Of a DNA stretch of 64,000 bases, positions 30,767 to 39,969 are shown one piece after another. Numbering within the stretch: position 1 is the first letter of the stretch; each line of letters starts with the position of its first letter. The DNA comes from Candidatus Latescibacterota bacterium. Lineage in GTDB: Bacteria; Latescibacterota; UBA2968; GCA-2709665. The DNA is taken from positions 832,001-896,000 of the forward strand of contig CAXXXF010000015.1 in NCBI GenBank assembly GCA_963667175.2, given 5' to 3'. Below the pieces are notes generated by a model, which was not told where the DNA came from, did no database searches, and saw nothing but the letters and a program-made list of their open reading frames with translations. A program made the translations under genes and the position numbers.

Positions 30767-30868
30767 CAGCCCGTTGAAAAAGCCCATCCGGGCTGCCTGC
30801 CCGTGCGTGTACGCCTGCCTGCCAAGAAATCGCTGGCAGGCCTGCAGAGCGACTTCTTCAACGGACTG
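30767..30868. mobile_element. MITE-like element with terminal inverted repeats
   Basis: CAGCCCGTTGAAAAAG..CTTCTTCAACGGACTG. Confidence 0.65.
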
Positions 30869-31319
30869 CTATGGTGGGTGACTGCATGCAAACGGATTTC
30901 TCACCGGGTTCGGAAACAGCGAACCGTTCAAATCGGTGGCGATTCAGTTCAGCGGGCAATGCGAGCAAAACATCCGCGTCACGCGAGGCGACGGCCCAAT
31001 CCACGAACAGCTCGTATTGCCACTGTTCCTGGAGGCCGCCAAACCACTGTGTCCCCTGAGATGAGATCACACAAACGACATTGGCCAGATCGCACGGGCC
31101 AAGGCATCCGGAGATCGTCAGTTGCACCGACCTGGTGAGTCTCTCCTCTTTCCACTGTCGTTTGATCCAGTCGCGGGGGAACGGCTTGAACCCCTTGTCT
31201 GTGCGACCGCAGCAACAGCCTTCGCAGAACACGATCTGCCCGAGAACGCGGCTTCGTGGCGTAGCCAATGCTTCGTGTCTGCTGAGCGTTTCGTCGATGC
31301 GTTCAGTCTGAGCATTCAT
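30858..31319 (-). CDS. Thioredoxin-like (2Fe-2S) ferredoxin domain protein
   Basis: CEGCCCG and SGCLGPC..ANV motifs. Confidence 0.75.
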   Translation of the reverse strand: MNAQTERIDETLSRHEALATPRSRVLGQIVFCEGCCCGRTDKGFKPFPRDWIKRQWKEERLTRSVQLTISGCLGPCDLANVVCVISSQGTQWFGGLQEQWQYELFVDWAVASRDADVLLALPAELNRHRFERFAVSEPGEKSVCMQSPTIAVR

Positions 31320-31382
31320 GTGCGTGCCTTCTCTGGCCAGCTGGACGTGGGATCGGTTTGACGGATTTCAATTGGCTGGCCG

Positions 31383-32291
31383 TCAGAACGCCCTTTTTCT
31401 TGTGGCGAATTGCGATTGCTGGCTGAGCGCTTGAATCAGCGTTCCCAGATTGTGCTCGAACATCTTCTCGTAGCTGGTCGCCGGGCCGCCGCGTTCCGAG
31501 AGCGCGTCGGAGAACAGCCGGCCAGCGATCTGAATTCCGGTTTCGCGCGCGATCTGTTGAATCAGGGATGGGCTGGTGACGTTCTCAACGAACAGCGCGC
31601 CGGCGCCGACTTCCTTGAGGTGATCGATCAGCCTGGCGAGGTCCCGTGCCGACGGCTCGGCATCGGTGTCGATCCCGACCGGGGCCAGAAAGGTAAGCCC
31701 ATAGGCTGCCTCCATGTACCCAAAGGCGTCGTGGGCGGTCACGACGGTGCGCCGGTCGGCGGGCAGTCTCTTGAGTTGGTCGAGCGCACGGTTGTGCAAT
31801 TCCCTGAGTCTGGCAGTGTAGGCGCGGGCGTTGGCCCTGTAGGCTTCCGCATTCTTCGGATCGTATTCCGCCATGCTGTCCGCAATATTGGCGACGTACT
31901 TCATGCCGTTCGTGAGCGAATTCCAGGCATGCGGGTCGATTTCGCCGTCAACCTTCAAAGGCGTTATGCCATCCGTCGCGACGTACACTCTGGCTTTGGT
32001 ACCGGATGTCTCGATCAGGGTTTGCGACCAGGTCTCGAAGCCCAGACCGTTGACGAAGATCACCTCGGCGTTGGCCACTGCTATGGCGTCGGCCGCGCTG
32101 GGCGTGTAAACGTGCGCATCCGCGTCCGGGCCGACAATGGTTGTCACCTCGGCCAAATCGCCGGTGGTCTGGCGCACCATATCCCTGAGGATGGAGAAGC
32201 TGGCGACAACCTTGATTCCGTCCTGGGCGGCCGCCGGGATTGAGGTCAAAACCAGGCTCGACAGCAGCAGTGCTCGGAAGCCTCTTTGCAT
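31383..32291 (-). CDS. Zn/Mn ABC transporter substrate-binding protein (ZnuA/AztC-like)
   Basis: DAHVYTP, NGLGFE, DPHAW, HDAFGY, FSDAL. Confidence 0.93.
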   Translation of the reverse strand: MQRGFRALLLSSLVLTSIPAAAQDGIKVVASFSILRDMVRQTTGDLAEVTTIVGPDADAHVYTPSAADAIAVANAEVIFVNGLGFETWSQTLIETSGTKARVYVATDGITPLKVDGEIDPHAWNSLTNGMKYVANIADSMAEYDPKNAEAYRANARAYTARLRELHNRALDQLKRLPADRRTVVTAHDAFGYMEAAYGLTFLAPVGIDTDAEPSARDLARLIDHLKEVGAGALFVENVTSPSLIQQIARETGIQIAGRLFSDALSERGGPATSYEKMFEHNLGTLIQALSQQSQFATRKRAF

Positions 32292-32333
32292 GGGGGTTTT
32301 CCCTTACGTTGAGTTTTGGTTGATGGTCAGGGG

Positions 32334-33182
32334 TCAGCGGCGGTACGGGTTGAGTCGTGCGCCGACATGAAATCCCTGCGGTGCGAAGTTCAGGCTGAAG
32401 AAGAAAAACACCGCCGCAACCAGCACGATTGCGGGACCTGACGGCACGTCCGGCAAATAGAACGAAACGATCAGCCCGATCCAGCAGCTCAGCAGCGCGC
32501 ACATGAAGGTCACGACCAGATAGCCGGTGATCGTCGAGACCCAGTAACGCGCCGCCGTCGCCGGCAGGATCATCAGCCCGACCGCCATCAGCGTGCCGAG
32601 CGCCTTGAAGGCCCCCAACAGATTGAGCACGACCAGAAACATGAACCAGTGAGTCACGAGGCCCGGGCGCCTGGACTGGCTCTCATGGAAGACCGGATCG
32701 ATTGTATTGAGGATCAGAGGCCTGAGGATCAGCGCGAAGCTCACCAATGTGATTGTCGCCGTCGTCCCGATCAGAATGAGGGTTTCGTCGTCAATACCGA
32801 GGATCGAACCGAAGAGGAAACTCTTCAGCGGCACCGCCGATCCGGCGGCGGACAAGATGAAGATGCCGAGCGCAAGGGCGATCAGGTAGAGCGACGCCAG
32901 ACTCGCATCCTCGCGGATGATCGTCACACGGGCGAGCAGGCTGGTCAGCGCGGCGGTGGCGATACCGGCGGCCAACCCGCCAACGATCATGGATCCCACC
33001 GACAGACCGGCGATCACGAACGCGATGGCGATTCCCGGCACGATCGCATGAGCCATCGCCTCCCCGGCGAGCGACAGGCGCCTGAGCACCAGGAATGCTC
33101 CGACCGGGGCGACGGAGAAACTAAGCACCGTCGTCGCGGACAGTGCTCGGACCATGAACGCGTAGTCGAGCCACTCAAACAT
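32334..33182 (-). CDS. Zn/Mn ABC transporter permease (ZnuB/AztB-like)
   Basis: LVLRRLSLAGEAMAHAIVPG, REDAS, FLFGSIL, PSGPAIV. Confidence 0.93.
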   Translation of the reverse strand: MFEWLDYAFMVRALSATTVLSFSVAPVGAFLVLRRLSLAGEAMAHAIVPGIAIAFVIAGLSVGSMIVGGLAAGIATAALTSLLARVTIIREDASLASLYLIALALGIFILSAAGSAVPLKSFLFGSILGIDDETLILIGTTATITLVSFALILRPLILNTIDPVFHESQSRRPGLVTHWFMFLVVLNLLGAFKALGTLMAVGLMILPATAARYWVSTITGYLVVTFMCALLSCWIGLIVSFYLPDVPSGPAIVLVAAVFFFFSLNFAPQGFHVGARLNPYRR

Positions 33183-33936
33183 CGTTTGCTTTCGATTGCA
33201 AGTTCATGTCTTCGATCCAGGCGGCCTGGCTTTGCGACAGGTACCGGTGAGCGACCAGATTGCCGGGCGTAAGCGTCTCTTTCGGGGCGCCGAAAAGCGC
33301 GCGGCCATCTCCCAGGAGAAGCGCTGAGGCGCAATGTTGCAGAACGGCGGAAAGATCGTGCAGAACCAGGATGATCGTGCGTCCTTCCGCGGCCCAGTGA
33401 TCGATCAACGTCAGCAGAGCCGCTTCCGTTGACTGGTCGACCGCCGTAAACGGCTCATCCAACAGGATCAGCGGCGCATCCTGGACCATGGTCCGGGCAA
33501 ATAGCGCCCGTTGCAGCTGACCCGCGGATAGCTTGTGCAACGGCATGTCGGCGATCTCGGCTGTGCCCGTGCGCTCGAGCGCGCGCCTGATCCGAGCCCG
33601 GCACTCGCTATCGATGCGGCCGAGAAACCCCAGGTTGGGCCACGCGCCCATTGCCGCCAAGTCGCGGACCCGGATGGGAAAGCGGCTGTCGAAATCGGTT
33701 CTCTGGCCCAGATAGGCAATGGTTCGCGGCCGTCCGGCGGGCCAGTCGAGCGTGCCGGCAAGCGGCGGCAAGGCGCCCAGCAGTGTTTTGATCAGGGTCG
33801 ATTTTCCCGATCCGTTGTGACCGACAACAGCGAGCACGTCGCCGAGCGCAAGGTTGAACGCGACGTCTTCTGCGACGGTCTCGGTCCCATAACCGAGCGC
33901 GAGTCCGGTTGCCGAAAGGAGCATTGGGTTCGCCAT
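33175..33936 (-). CDS. Zn/Mn ABC transporter ATPase (ZnuC/AztA-like)
   Basis: GHNGSGKST, LSAGQLQR, LLDEP, VLHD. Confidence 0.94.
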   Translation of the reverse strand: MANPMLLSATGLALGYGTETVAEDVAFNLALGDVLAVVGHNGSGKSTLIKTLLGALPPLAGTLDWPAGRPRTIAYLGQRTDFDSRFPIRVRDLAAMGAWPNLGFLGRIDSECRARIRRALERTGTAEIADMPLHKLSAGQLQRALFARTMVQDAPLILLDEPFTAVDQSTEAALLTLIDHWAAEGRTIILVLHDLSAVLQHCASALLLGDGRALFGAPKETLTPGNLVAHRYLSQSQAAWIEDMNLQSKANDV

Positions 33937-33951
33937 CGGCTCTTGTCGGAC

Positions 33952-34092
33952 CTACGTGCCGAGGGTTGCGACGATGATGACCCAAAGTCCCGCGCAGGCA
34001 ACGCCGACCGCAATTAGATGATGGAGCGTACTGGCAGCGGTAAGATCAAATGCCGCCAGGCTTCGAGGCAGTAAGTCTTGCGAGTTCGTAAT
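33952..34092 (-). CDS. Unlisted ~46-aa single-TM protein, non-canonical or mutated start
   Basis: AAGGAG followed by ATT/ACG; reads ITNSQDLLPRSLAAFDLTAASTLHHLIAVGVACAGLWVIIVATLGT-stop. Confidence 0.45.
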   Translation of the reverse strand: MTNSQDLLPRSLAAFDLTAASTLHHLIAVGVACAGLWVIIVATLGT

Positions 34093-34138
34093 TCTCTCCT
34101 TCGGGGACACCCGCACGGCGATGGGTTTCAAAATGCCC

Positions 34139-34178
34139 GGCAGGTCTTCTGGCTCACGGTTGACCAGGACTCGACCTT
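34139..34178 (-). promoter_or_regulatory. 3' remnant of a cobalamin riboswitch (B12 box only)
   Basis: Minus strand AAGG..GAGCCAGAAGACCTGCC; upstream aptamer motifs not seen. Confidence 0.6.
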
Positions 34179-34180
34179 AA

Positions 34181-34209
34181 ATAATACTGCATTATCATTA
34201 AGAAGTCAA
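34181..34209 (-). promoter_or_regulatory. Promoter of the metal ABC operon with embedded Fur-type site
   Basis: Minus strand TTGACT-TCTTAATGATAATGCAG-TATTAT. Confidence 0.7.
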
Positions 34210-34315
34210 TTCATCCTGAGGAGGCCGTCAAACCGGTGATGTGTCCGGGCGGAAGGCGGGCGCCTTCCATATTGTGTCAGCGTGATACCGATTTTTCTTG
34301 CCTTTTCGGGCAGAA

Positions 34316-34363
34316 TCAGACATAATATTATCACTTATTATTAAATAGTAACGATTTGTCTGA
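34316..34363. promoter_or_regulatory. Inverted repeat upstream of abiEi (probable autoregulatory operator)
   Basis: TCAGACA..TGTCTGA around an AT-rich core just before the ATG. Confidence 0.55.
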
Positions 34364-34372
34364 GTCAAGACC

Positions 34373-34966
34373 ATGCAGGATCGACTTGAAGAGATCTTCC
34401 GCCTGCACGGCGGCCAGCTTCGCATGAGCGAAGCCCTGGCGCAAGGGATCACGCGCTACACGCTCTACACGATGCGGGACCGGGGCATCGTGGAGCCCGT
34501 GAGCAGGGGCATCTACCGGCTGACGGAACTGCCTCCTTTCGGCAACCCGGATCTGGCGACGGTAAGCCTGCGCTTTCCATACGCCGTCATCTGTCTCGTC
34601 TCCGCGCTGACCTTTCATGACATGACGACGCAGATCCCCCGCGCGGTTTCCGTGGCGGTGCCGCGGGGGTCGCGCGCGCCGTCGCTGGACCACCCACCTG
34701 TTCGCGCTCACAGGTTTTCCGTCGAAGCCTATGAGAAGGGCATCCAAACGCATCTGATCGATGGTGTTACCGTCAAGGTCTACAGCCGCGAAAAGACCCT
34801 CGCCGACTGTTTCAAGTTCCGTAACCGTATCGGCATGGACGTGGTGATTGAGGCGCTGAGGTTTTACAGGGAACGATACGGCCTCGATCCGGGCGCCGTG
34901 CTCGCATACGCCAGAATTTGTCGCGTAGAGAACGTGATGCGGCCCTATCTTGAGGCTATACTGTGA
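34373..34966 (+). CDS. abiEi: Type IV TA antitoxin, AbiEi family
   Basis: N-terminal wHTH VSRGIYRL, ICLVSALTFH, EKTLADCF. Confidence 0.9.
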   Translation: MQDRLEEIFRLHGGQLRMSEALAQGITRYTLYTMRDRGIVEPVSRGIYRLTELPPFGNPDLATVSLRFPYAVICLVSALTFHDMTTQIPRAVSVAVPRGSRAPSLDHPPVRAHRFSVEAYEKGIQTHLIDGVTVKVYSREKTLADCFKFRNRIGMDVVIEALRFYRERYGLDPGAVLAYARICRVENVMRPYLEAIL

Positions 34967-35865
34967 CGCCGCCGCGAAACGTGCCCGCCTCGGTTCGGCA
35001 GCAGCTCCTCAATCGGGCCAGGAGCGAGCGGCGTCCGTTCAATGAGCTGTTACAATATTTCGCCATGGAGCGGTTTCTCTATCGGCTCTCCCAATCCGCC
35101 CACGCCCAACGGTTCATTCTCAAGGGCGCCTTGATGCTACATGTGTGGCAACCGACCACGACACGTCCGACCATGGACATAGACCTTCTGGGACGAACGA
35201 GCAGTGTCGAAGCCGATCTCGTGGCGCAGCTTCGGGACATTTTGGCGGTCGACGTGGAGCCGGACGGTCTCGCGTTCGACGCGGAATCGATCCAGACAGA
35301 ACGCATCACCTCAAGCACGGATTACGAGGGAGTCAGGATTCGGTTTTCTGGCCTGCTGGTCACGGCACGAGTCCTCATGCAGATTGATGTCGGGTTCGGC
35401 GACGTCGTTTATCCCAAACCTGAGACGGCGGATCTGCCGACCCTTCTGCATTTCCCCGCGCCGCGACTCCTTTGCTATAGCCGTGAAGCCACCATCGCGG
35501 AAAAGCTTGAGACGGCGGTCAAGTTCGGCGTTCTGAACAGCAGGATGAAGGATTTTTACGACATCTGGTTGCTGTCCCGTCAATTTGACTTCGATGGGCC
35601 CGATTTGGCCGAGGCCATTCGGCTGACTTTCGAACGCCGGGGCACGGCGCTGCCACCGGAAATTGAGGCGTTCACCCGGCGCTTCGTCGACTCGAGGCAG
35701 GTCCTGTGGACCGCGTTCCGGAACCGTCTACAGCCGAATCGTGTCCCAGCGTCCTTCGCCCAGGTCGTAGCCTCAATAGCTCATTTCATCTCGCCGATCG
35801 TCGCGGCCGTTTCCTCCGGAAATCCCGCACCGACCCGTTGGAACGCGCCCGGCCGATGGACCTGA
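34963..35865 (+). CDS. abiEii: Type IV TA nucleotidyltransferase toxin, AbiEii family
   Basis: ERFLYRLS, FILKGAL, RPTMDID, AEKL, RMKDFYD; GTGA overlap with abiEi. Confidence 0.92.
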   Translation: MTPPRNVPASVRQQLLNRARSERRPFNELLQYFAMERFLYRLSQSAHAQRFILKGALMLHVWQPTTTRPTMDIDLLGRTSSVEADLVAQLRDILAVDVEPDGLAFDAESIQTERITSSTDYEGVRIRFSGLLVTARVLMQIDVGFGDVVYPKPETADLPTLLHFPAPRLLCYSREATIAEKLETAVKFGVLNSRMKDFYDIWLLSRQFDFDGPDLAEAIRLTFERRGTALPPEIEAFTRRFVDSRQVLWTAFRNRLQPNRVPASFAQVVASIAHFISPIVAAVSSGNPAPTRWNAPGRWT

Positions 35866-35884
35866 GTGGACGGCCTGGAGTGAT

Positions 35885-36002
35885 CGAACTCAGGGCCGGG
35901 CGAAGTCCGTTGCGTCCATTCGCGATTGACGTCATCCGGCCCTGACGCGTTCGGAATGCCTGGCGCCCGTGGCGCGGGTTCCCTGCGGTCAGCCGTAACG
36001 AA
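35885..36002 (+). repeat. Hairpin direct repeat, copy 2
   Basis: Close match to 24242-24350, with a short insertion. Confidence 0.85.
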
Positions 36003-36499
36003 CCTGAAGGGAATGAACGCCCGCGCCCGTTATCACGGGGAGCGCCGTATAGTTTACATCCTCCCACTCTTCTTTGGTGGGCCTGGATGTCGACTATTTG
36101 CTTCTCCTGAGAGTAAGTGGAAGCTGACAACTGCTCTTCCTGATCACTGACCACTGCCCACTATTTACTGCTCCTGGTGATAAATGGTCTAATCATTCCC
36201 CCCTTGAGGGGGAGTCGCCTGCCTGCGCCTGCCTGTCCCGTTGGAACGGCAGACAGGCAGAAGTCGAGCCGTCAGGCGAAGGCTGATGCGGTGGGGGGAT
36301 TGCCGCCCCTCCAATCCTCCTGGGATACAACGAAAGCAATCCCCGAAGGTTTTTAACAGTAGAGTTGGACTAATGACTTATATTAACACAATAAAACGAA
36401 CGATTTGATAATCCTGACTGGGCTTCGCTGTGGTCAGCCCTGCCTGCGCAGTGCCCCGCTCTGCAGGCAGGCCTCTTGTGCCAAATGATTTCAGCCATG

Positions 36500-37210
36500 G
36501 TTTTTTCGCGTGTTTCGTAGTTTCTGATGTTCGCTTTGTCGCGCCTTGCTCTTGGTTTCTAATCCTGCTTGATCCTGTAAATCCTGATCGTTTTTTCGCG
36601 TGTTTCGCGTGTTTCGTAGTTTCTGATGTTCGTCTTCTCGCGCCTTTTGCTTTTCCTCGTTTTCTCGCGCCTTTCTCGTGCTTTTCGGTCTTCATCCCGT
36701 CCATCCATGTAAGTTTCGTTTTGGTGAATTAATGGGGTGAATGGGGTCAGCCATGTATTTTTCGCGTGTTTCGCGTGTTTCGTAGTTTCTGATGTTCGCT
36801 TTCTCGTGCTTTTCGGTTTTCATCCTGCTCTTGGTTTCTAATCCTGTTCATCCTGTAAATCCTGATCGTTTTTTGTTTCGTAGTATTCGATGCTCGTATT
36901 TTCGCGCCTTTCTCGCGCCTTTTGCTTTCCCTCGTTTTCTCGTGCCATTGCCTTGTTCTTGGTTTCTAATCCTGTTCATCCTGTAAATCCTGATCTTTTT
37001 TTCGCGTGTTTCGTAGTTTCTGATGTTCGTCTTCTCGCGCCTTTTGCTTTCCCTCGTTTTCTCGCGCCATTGCCTTGCTCTTGGTTTCTAATCCTGCTTG
37101 ATCCTGTAAATCCTGATCTTTTTTTCGCGTGTTTCGTAGTTTCTGATGTTCGTCTTCTCGCGCCTTTTGCTTTTCCTCGTTTTCTCGTTTTCTCGTGCTT
37201 TTCGGTTTTA
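36500..37210. repeat. Pyrimidine-rich mosaic tandem repeat
   Basis: GTAGTTTCTGATGTTCG at 36517, 36616, 36782, 37013 and 37136, interleaved with AATCCTG(C/T)T(T/C)..ATCCTGTAAATCCTG modules. Confidence 0.9.
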
Positions 37211-37258
37211 CTCCTGTCCATTCCCCCCGGCAACGTCGGAGACGTATTGAGTTCGTTC

Positions 37259-38266
37259 ATGTGTCCTCAAGAATTGGTTTCCGTCATTATTCCGACGTAC
37301 AATCGGGCGAGCTATTTGATACAGTCGCTGGAAAGTGTATTGGCTCAATCGTACCGAAACGTTGAAGTCATCGTTGTTAACGATGGCTCCACGGATGAGA
37401 CAAGGGCGATATTGACGCCTTACCGGAATCGAATTGTGTACTTCGAAAAAACAAACGGGGGCAAATCATCAGCGTTGAACCTGGGACTCAAACACGTTTC
37501 AGGTGAGTACGTCTGGGTTTTTGACGACGATGACGTCGCATTGCCGGAACTGATCGAATCCCACATATCGGTTTTTGAATCCCAACCCGAGGTCGATTTC
37601 GTCTATAGCGGATATGCGTATTTTCAGGGTGAAGATACCGGCAATGTCATCGAGTCGGTCGAGGCTTGTGCGCATCCGGATCGTGAGTTGGTGGGCGAGC
37701 TGCTGAACGGCAACTTCATCAGCGGCGTTTCAGTCGTTGTCCGCAAACGATGTTACGATCGCGTGGGATGTTACGATGAACGGTTGATTCGCGCCCAGGA
37801 CTACGATATGTGGATACGCCTGGCGCGTGCGGGATTCAAGGCGGGGATTGTCAGACGGCCTTTGGTGAAAGTTCGCAAGCATGAGGGCGAACGGGGGTCC
37901 GAAGAAGATCGCTTCGATACGTCTGTGCTGCGAGACAAACACCTTGAGTATCATCGCATAATCATGCGCAAAGTGTATTGGGAAGTCCCGTTGGATGTGA
38001 TTTCGCCGGAACTGGCGGAGGTCCCTGATGATCCGGGGCGAACGTTGCGGGCTCTGTTGAAACGAACATGGATCGTGGCCAATACAATGCTCGTGGAGGA
38101 AACAACCAGAGACCTGTGTTTCGTTCGGGATCACCTTTTGCGACATAAGGAATTGCGCCTGGATGATCGTCAAAAGACGTTCCTTTCGGCCTTACGGGAA
38201 TTCGCGGCGAAAAAGCAACAGTCCGAAATCGCGTCGCTGAGTCAATTGGTATTGCAAGGCGCGTGA
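37259..38266 (+). CDS. Glycosyltransferase family 2
   Basis: VSVIIPTYNRA, VVNDGSTD, FDDDD, QDYDMW. Confidence 0.92.
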   Translation: MCPQELVSVIIPTYNRASYLIQSLESVLAQSYRNVEVIVVNDGSTDETRAILTPYRNRIVYFEKTNGGKSSALNLGLKHVSGEYVWVFDDDDVALPELIESHISVFESQPEVDFVYSGYAYFQGEDTGNVIESVEACAHPDRELVGELLNGNFISGVSVVVRKRCYDRVGCYDERLIRAQDYDMWIRLARAGFKAGIVRRPLVKVRKHEGERGSEEDRFDTSVLRDKHLEYHRIIMRKVYWEVPLDVISPELAEVPDDPGRTLRALLKRTWIVANTMLVEETTRDLCFVRDHLLRHKELRLDDRQKTFLSALREFAAKKQQSEIASLSQLVLQGA

Positions 38267-39969
38267 CGTGGATACGGGGCGTTTGTGGATGGCAGTGATT
38301 GGAATTTTTCGATGACGATTGGAAGAACCATAATTGCGAGTCTACTGATAATCATTCTCACGTGTTTCGTCAGCATAGAGGTCAATCGTGTGACCGCCGG
38401 CGAGATATGGGACAAGGTGGAAGAGATCCTCGCGGATGATCAGGAGTTGATGGTCCTGGACGGGACGGAGAAGATCTCGCCGCGGTATACGGGAAAAGAC
38501 CGGCCGATACACGGAGACTGGCTGGTCCTCCACGCGTTTTCCGAGCCGACCACGTTCAATCCGTATTCCGGGATGGACTATGGTATGTACAGAATCCTGG
38601 AGAATGTGTTCGAATCGATGTTGTATATGGATGCGTCGCCTCCGTACGAGTTCAAGGGGAAGCTCGCGAAGGGGTATCCGGCGGTGTATGCCGACAGGCT
38701 CTCCTACACCTTCGATCTGCGGGAGGAGATTCGCTTTTCGGATGGGAGACCATTAACCACCGAGGATGTCTTGTTCACCTTCAAGGTGATCAAGAATCCG
38801 GACGTGCAGTTGTCGGGATTCGTGCGAAGTGGATTCAAGGACCTGGAGGCGATCCGATCTGAAGGAGCGTATCGAATCACATTTGTCTACGGGGAACCCT
38901 ATTTCTATCATGCGATCAACATTGGACGGCGTTGGATCCTGCCGAAACACTATTACGACCCCGACGGACTGATGGACCGTGTCCGTATCGAGGACCTGAT
39001 CGACGGGACGTGGGCGGCGGGACCTCAGGCCGACCTGGTGCGGCGGTTCGCGGAGCGGTTCAATCGGGATTTCAGCCGGCACGCGCTTGGCTCCGGCCCC
39101 TACGTGTTTCCCCGTTCCGACGACACGGCGTACCCAGGGAAGACCGTTCTGGACCGCGACCCGAACTATTGGGGACGAGGCAGGAAGGACCTTCCTCCCT
39201 CCGGGTACGTGGACAAACTGGTGTTCAACGTGGTTGTGAATCCGGATGCCGCGTTTATCGAACTGGTCAACGGCAACCTGGACGTCCTGAACATGTACCC
39301 CCTGCCATTCAAGGAGAAAAGCTGGTCTCGCGAATTTACGTCGCGCTTTCTCAAGGTTATCCGGTACGCGAGCGGCATCAACTTCATTGCATGGAACAAC
39401 ACCCATCCGATCTTTCGCGATAAACGGGTCCGCCGGGCGATGAGTCATCTGACACCGAGGAAGAGTATTATCCGAAACTTGATCTACGGACTCGGCGTAC
39501 CCATCGACGGTCCGGTGCATATGTCCCGTCCGGAATATCACGCGGGACTGGAACCCCTTGACTACAGTCGTGGTCGGGCGGTCGAATTGCTGCAGGCGGC
39601 CGGTTGGTTCGATACAGACCATGACGGAATTCTTGATCGGCTCGTGGACGGCGTCAGAACTGCATTCGAATTTGATTTCCTGGTAGCAGCCGGTTCGCCG
39701 CTCAGCAAAGATATCGCCCTCGTGATGCAGGACGAAATGGCAAACGTGGGAATCGTCTGCAGGGTGCGTGAAATCGATCGCACCGTCTTCCTGCAGCGGC
39801 TGCGAAAACGGGAGTACGACGCGTTGTTCTCCGGCGGAGGCAGCCACCCCGCGGTGCCGCTGGACCTGTATTCAAGCTGGCATTCGTCGCAGGTCAAAGA
39901 CGGCGCGAATTATACCTACTTAGAAAATAACCTTTCAGATTTCGAAGAATCCTGTTGTTTTTCTTTTAT

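Noticed and set aside
34100-34350. Intact cobalamin riboswitch
   Set aside because: Only the 3' box is recognisable; the upstream aptamer motifs and the room for them are missing
24209-36200. Classical integrase island inserted in ssrA
   Set aside because: No integrase and no duplicated ssrA 3' end seen in the window; an att site beyond the window cannot be excluded
36500-37210. CRISPR array
   Set aside because: No unique spacers, irregular period and no cas genes in the window
36378-37260. ORFs across the mosaic repeat, including the 123-aa N-terminal extension of the GT2
   Set aside because: Products simply translate the repeat; GT2 similarity starts near Met at 37259
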